A DNA stretch of 63,099 nucleotides, counting the filler, from Reclinomonas americana ATCC 50394 (lineage: Eukaryota): NCBI GenBank assembly GCA_048213135.1. It is 4 parts of 3 records of this genome, joined end to end, with 100 filler letters (N's around TTAATTAATTAA, not from the genome) between each part and the next. Parts side by side here need not be neighbours in the genome. Positions count along the whole stretch, not along the records: positions 57,958 to 63,099 come from PS015236.1; 3 more parts are not named here. One strand, written 5' to 3'. The position numbers were made by a program, and so were the translations under genes. Shown here in pieces: positions 60,181-63,099 of this stretch. The notes under the pieces were generated by a model, which was given only the letters and a program-made list of their open reading frames with translations, was not told the DNA's origin and did not search any database. Position 1 is the first letter of the stretch; the number at the start of each line of letters is the position of its first letter.

Positions 60181-63099
60181 TCAGAGCACGATCGCGGTGC
60201 TGCACGACACCCGACTGGCAATGACGGCCTCGACGACGGCCACGTCCACCTTGTTGCCTGCGCAGAGGTGGAAACGACTTGTCAGTCGCGCGGCGATCGA
60301 CCGCAGAAACCGGGGGGACACAAGAAAACGCAACGACTGATGTCCAGCTCCACCAGGGAGGTGTTTTGCAAGATATCAATCAGGGCCGCCGCCGTCAGTT
60401 CGCGTGCCTGGTACCGCGCAATCGCACCTGGGCGCACGTGGAGCATGCATATGAGAGCAATCGCCAGCACACTCAATCAGAGAGTGCAACAAATACCTTC
60501 CAAGATCAGGTGGCGGAGCGAGCGGTGCCGTTGCGTGGCGCGCAGAATGTCGTGCACAGCCACGACAGTTAGGGCGTTCCCTGCATGGGCGTGAGTGAGT
60601 GGAATGGGCGCAGCTAGATGTCACTCAGCTCGCACGCAACATGACAAGTCGAGCCGCTGCAGCGGTATTGGCGAATTCATGATGCGCACCAGCGACGCAC
60701 TACTCATCAATCCATTCCACTGCAGCGACAGCTCGGTAATGCTGGTGTTGTCGCACAGAGCCTCCTCGATGGCGTGCAGACCCTCATCCGTCATTTCGAC
60801 GCTGCTCAGCCGCAGTACGCGCACTATCGCAACACACCCGTCAATGCCGATATAGAGCAGCACAGCAGTCAACGAAAAGAAGACATACCTGTTTGCATCT
60901 GCCGCAGGAATGGCACAAAGTGGACCAAGCCAGCGGGACACAATTCGTTGTCGGAGAGATCGAGTTCCGTGAGGCTCGGAAGCTTCGACAGTGTGCGTGC
61001 CACACTGAAGCAAATGCCAAAATCGTGACGCAGGTGGTTGGCGCGAATGTGCAACGTGTGCAGCTTTTTCGCCAGTCGCAAATTGTCCAGGGAGGCCAAG
61101 GCTGGAACCGACGCACCAAGGTTATTGTGCACCAGCCGAAGCGACTCGATTTGCTGCACGTCCGCCGGTGAAATCACAGCGGGAAACACTGCGTCGACAA
61201 CGGGCGGGTTAAGGAATCGTCATCCTGGGAGGAGGCACGCACGCACATGTACGCACCACCGGGAGACATCTCGGTGCTGTGCACTTCAATGTCCGCTATC
61301 CGAGATGACGAGGCGAGAATGGCCGGCACGAGTGCCGTGTGCAGTTCGTGCGGATACTCGGGCCACTCGTTCTCTGTCCGCATGCGGAATTGAACACAAA
61401 TGCGTGTGTCCGTGCATATCGACCGACATACCTGCAAACCGCACACGCTCAAGCTTGGGGAATCGGGTCATGATGACGGGCCAGGTCTGAGGGGCATGAA
61501 GCAGAGTGTGAGTGTCGGTCACTCAATCTTCCAAGCACGAACTGGAGACACGCTCACCTTTTGCAGGGACTCGTAATGGCCACGGAAAGTGTATTCGCGT
61601 GCAGACAGACAGCCGATTTCGAACCAGGCTGCTCAGCACAAGGCAATGAGAACCAATCCGTAAATGCACTGCACACTGTGAGCGCGTGCATTGGGGACTC
61701 ACCTCGACAAACATTCCATTGCTTCCAGTGATCATTCAAGTCAAAGTACATGAAAATGTAGTTCCACACCTGGCGTGCAACGTGTGAGGAACGTTGCACC
61801 ACAGCAGAGAGACATGAAAACGTGTGACATGCCTCAACGGGGAAGATGTCCATGCCCGGCGCCAGCGTCGAGTGAAAAATGCTGTCGGACTACATGCGAT
61901 ATGATCAGCAGCAAGTGGGTCACGTACACCGGCCGAAACAATGCACTCACCCGATCAACAGTGGGTAAGACGCCGGAGGCCAGTAGCATGTGGTGCCGGT
62001 CGGCTGCGCCAAGCACTGGTCGTCGTGGTCTGCGATCAGAACAATGAGCGTTTTCTTTCTCTTCCGAGGCCTGCAGAGTACGCACCTCAGCTGCGGATCA
62101 CCAGCATGTCGCTGCTGCTGTCCCTCTCGACCCGGTCGTTGACGCGGCAGTGGACGTGGCTGCCGCCACGCCAGTTGCGGCATCCAGTTGGCCGGCTGCG
62201 GCACCATGAGCGCCGGAAACCGCAAATCGGCTGCGACGTGACTACTCATGCCCTCCTGCACGGCGTGTGAGTGTTCGCAGTATTCGCGCATCTCAACCAC
62301 TGTCTCTCGCGTTCCACACCTCCAACACGTTCTGGCATATCGACTGAATGATGGTCGGCAACTCGGGCAGCAGCGACCACTCTTCCGCCTCCAGCACACC
62401 CTGTCGTGCACGCAGAGTGAGGAAATGACAAGCACGATGATCCAGCAGCACCCGGCCTACTCACGCAGAAAATGTCATCTGTGCGACTGCACGACGCTGT
62501 CAGACGGAATGATCAAGACAGAGAGAGAGAGAGAGCGGGGCAGACGCAACTATAGCGTTCCATTGCGATTTCGGAATAACATGGGTTTCGGCAGCATCAA
62601 GTGCGGCCGCTCGATCGGAAACTCGAGTGGAAACATCAGCAAGAGTTCGATGAATGGACCCTGCACAACGTTCAGCAACACACTGCCATTGGTTTGCGTG
62701 GCACCGCACGCACCAGATCGGGACGCCGCCAGTCGATTTGCGCGCACTCACGAATCCACGGTGCAAGAGCATACACACGTCGCGAGGCCGGCGGCTGTTC
62801 GGGTCCGCCCCAACTCCACCGAGTCTTGTACATGACAGAGGGCGGCAGCAGCGCACGAACAGTCCAGTGGGCGAAATTGGTCTTGCTGGGAATCACCCAG
62901 AAATGTTGCTGCCAGACAGCCGTGAGTGTCACTCCACTCGCACGTATATACACACGCATACTCTCACTCACTCACCGCCGGAAACACCCACTCCAGTGGG
63001 TCGCTGCTGCTCGGCAAGAAGCGCAGGAACTCGCCCACCAGACGGCACGCCAGTCGTCGCCAGGCTTCCTCGGCCGGCGGTTGCGGCCGTCCCTCATCT
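60181..63099 (-). CDS. UBC/E2-like + F-box + RNI-like LRR protein (5' end outside window)
   Basis: Spliced translation: RLVGEFLRFL...PSKTNFAHWTV...FIELLLMFPLEFPIERPHL...DDIFCGVLEAEEWSLLPELPTIIQSI (UBC-like). Then MDIFPVEVWNYIFMYFDLNDHWKQWNVCRAWFE (F-box). Then LTELDLSDNEL, ITELSLQWNGL, LQRLDLS (LRR). Stop at 60181. Confidence 0.8.

Noticed and set aside
1-63099. rRNA, tRNA or autonomous transposons
   Set aside because: No recognisable RNA gene, transposase, reverse transcriptase or integrase motifs by eye; tRNAscan/Infernal were not run.

Overview
Intron-rich eukaryotic (protist-like) draft genome sequence. Most introns are 50-70 nt, longer ones are filled with microsatellites, and there are many N gaps. 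Three artificial TTAATTAATTAA contig linkers (15965, 39542, 57902) mean adjacency across those points is unproven. Gene models were spliced by hand, so boundaries are approximate. Left part: two tandem paralogous giant surface-protein genes on the minus strand, one with IPT-like modules, an NHL propeller, 13 tandem 105-aa FN3 repeats and a TM helix. Middle part: a divergent cullin-3, an apparent RRM-F-box-LRR fusion gene, a small membrane protein, and a tandem array of at least 9 intronless 7-bladed WD40 genes. Those WD40 genes have hypervariable blade-top residues, mosaic blades and a conserved F-box-like C-terminal tail. Right part: a ~304-bp tandem repeat, an OSBP/ORP gene and a tail-fibre-like gene (each with a segment that looks flipped in the assembly), an actin-related gene, an OTU deubiquitinase and an apparent E2(UBC)-F-box-LRR fusion. 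The best candidate for a new system is a diversifying ubiquitin-ligase receptor repertoire, possibly immune-like, together with the unusual F-box fusions.
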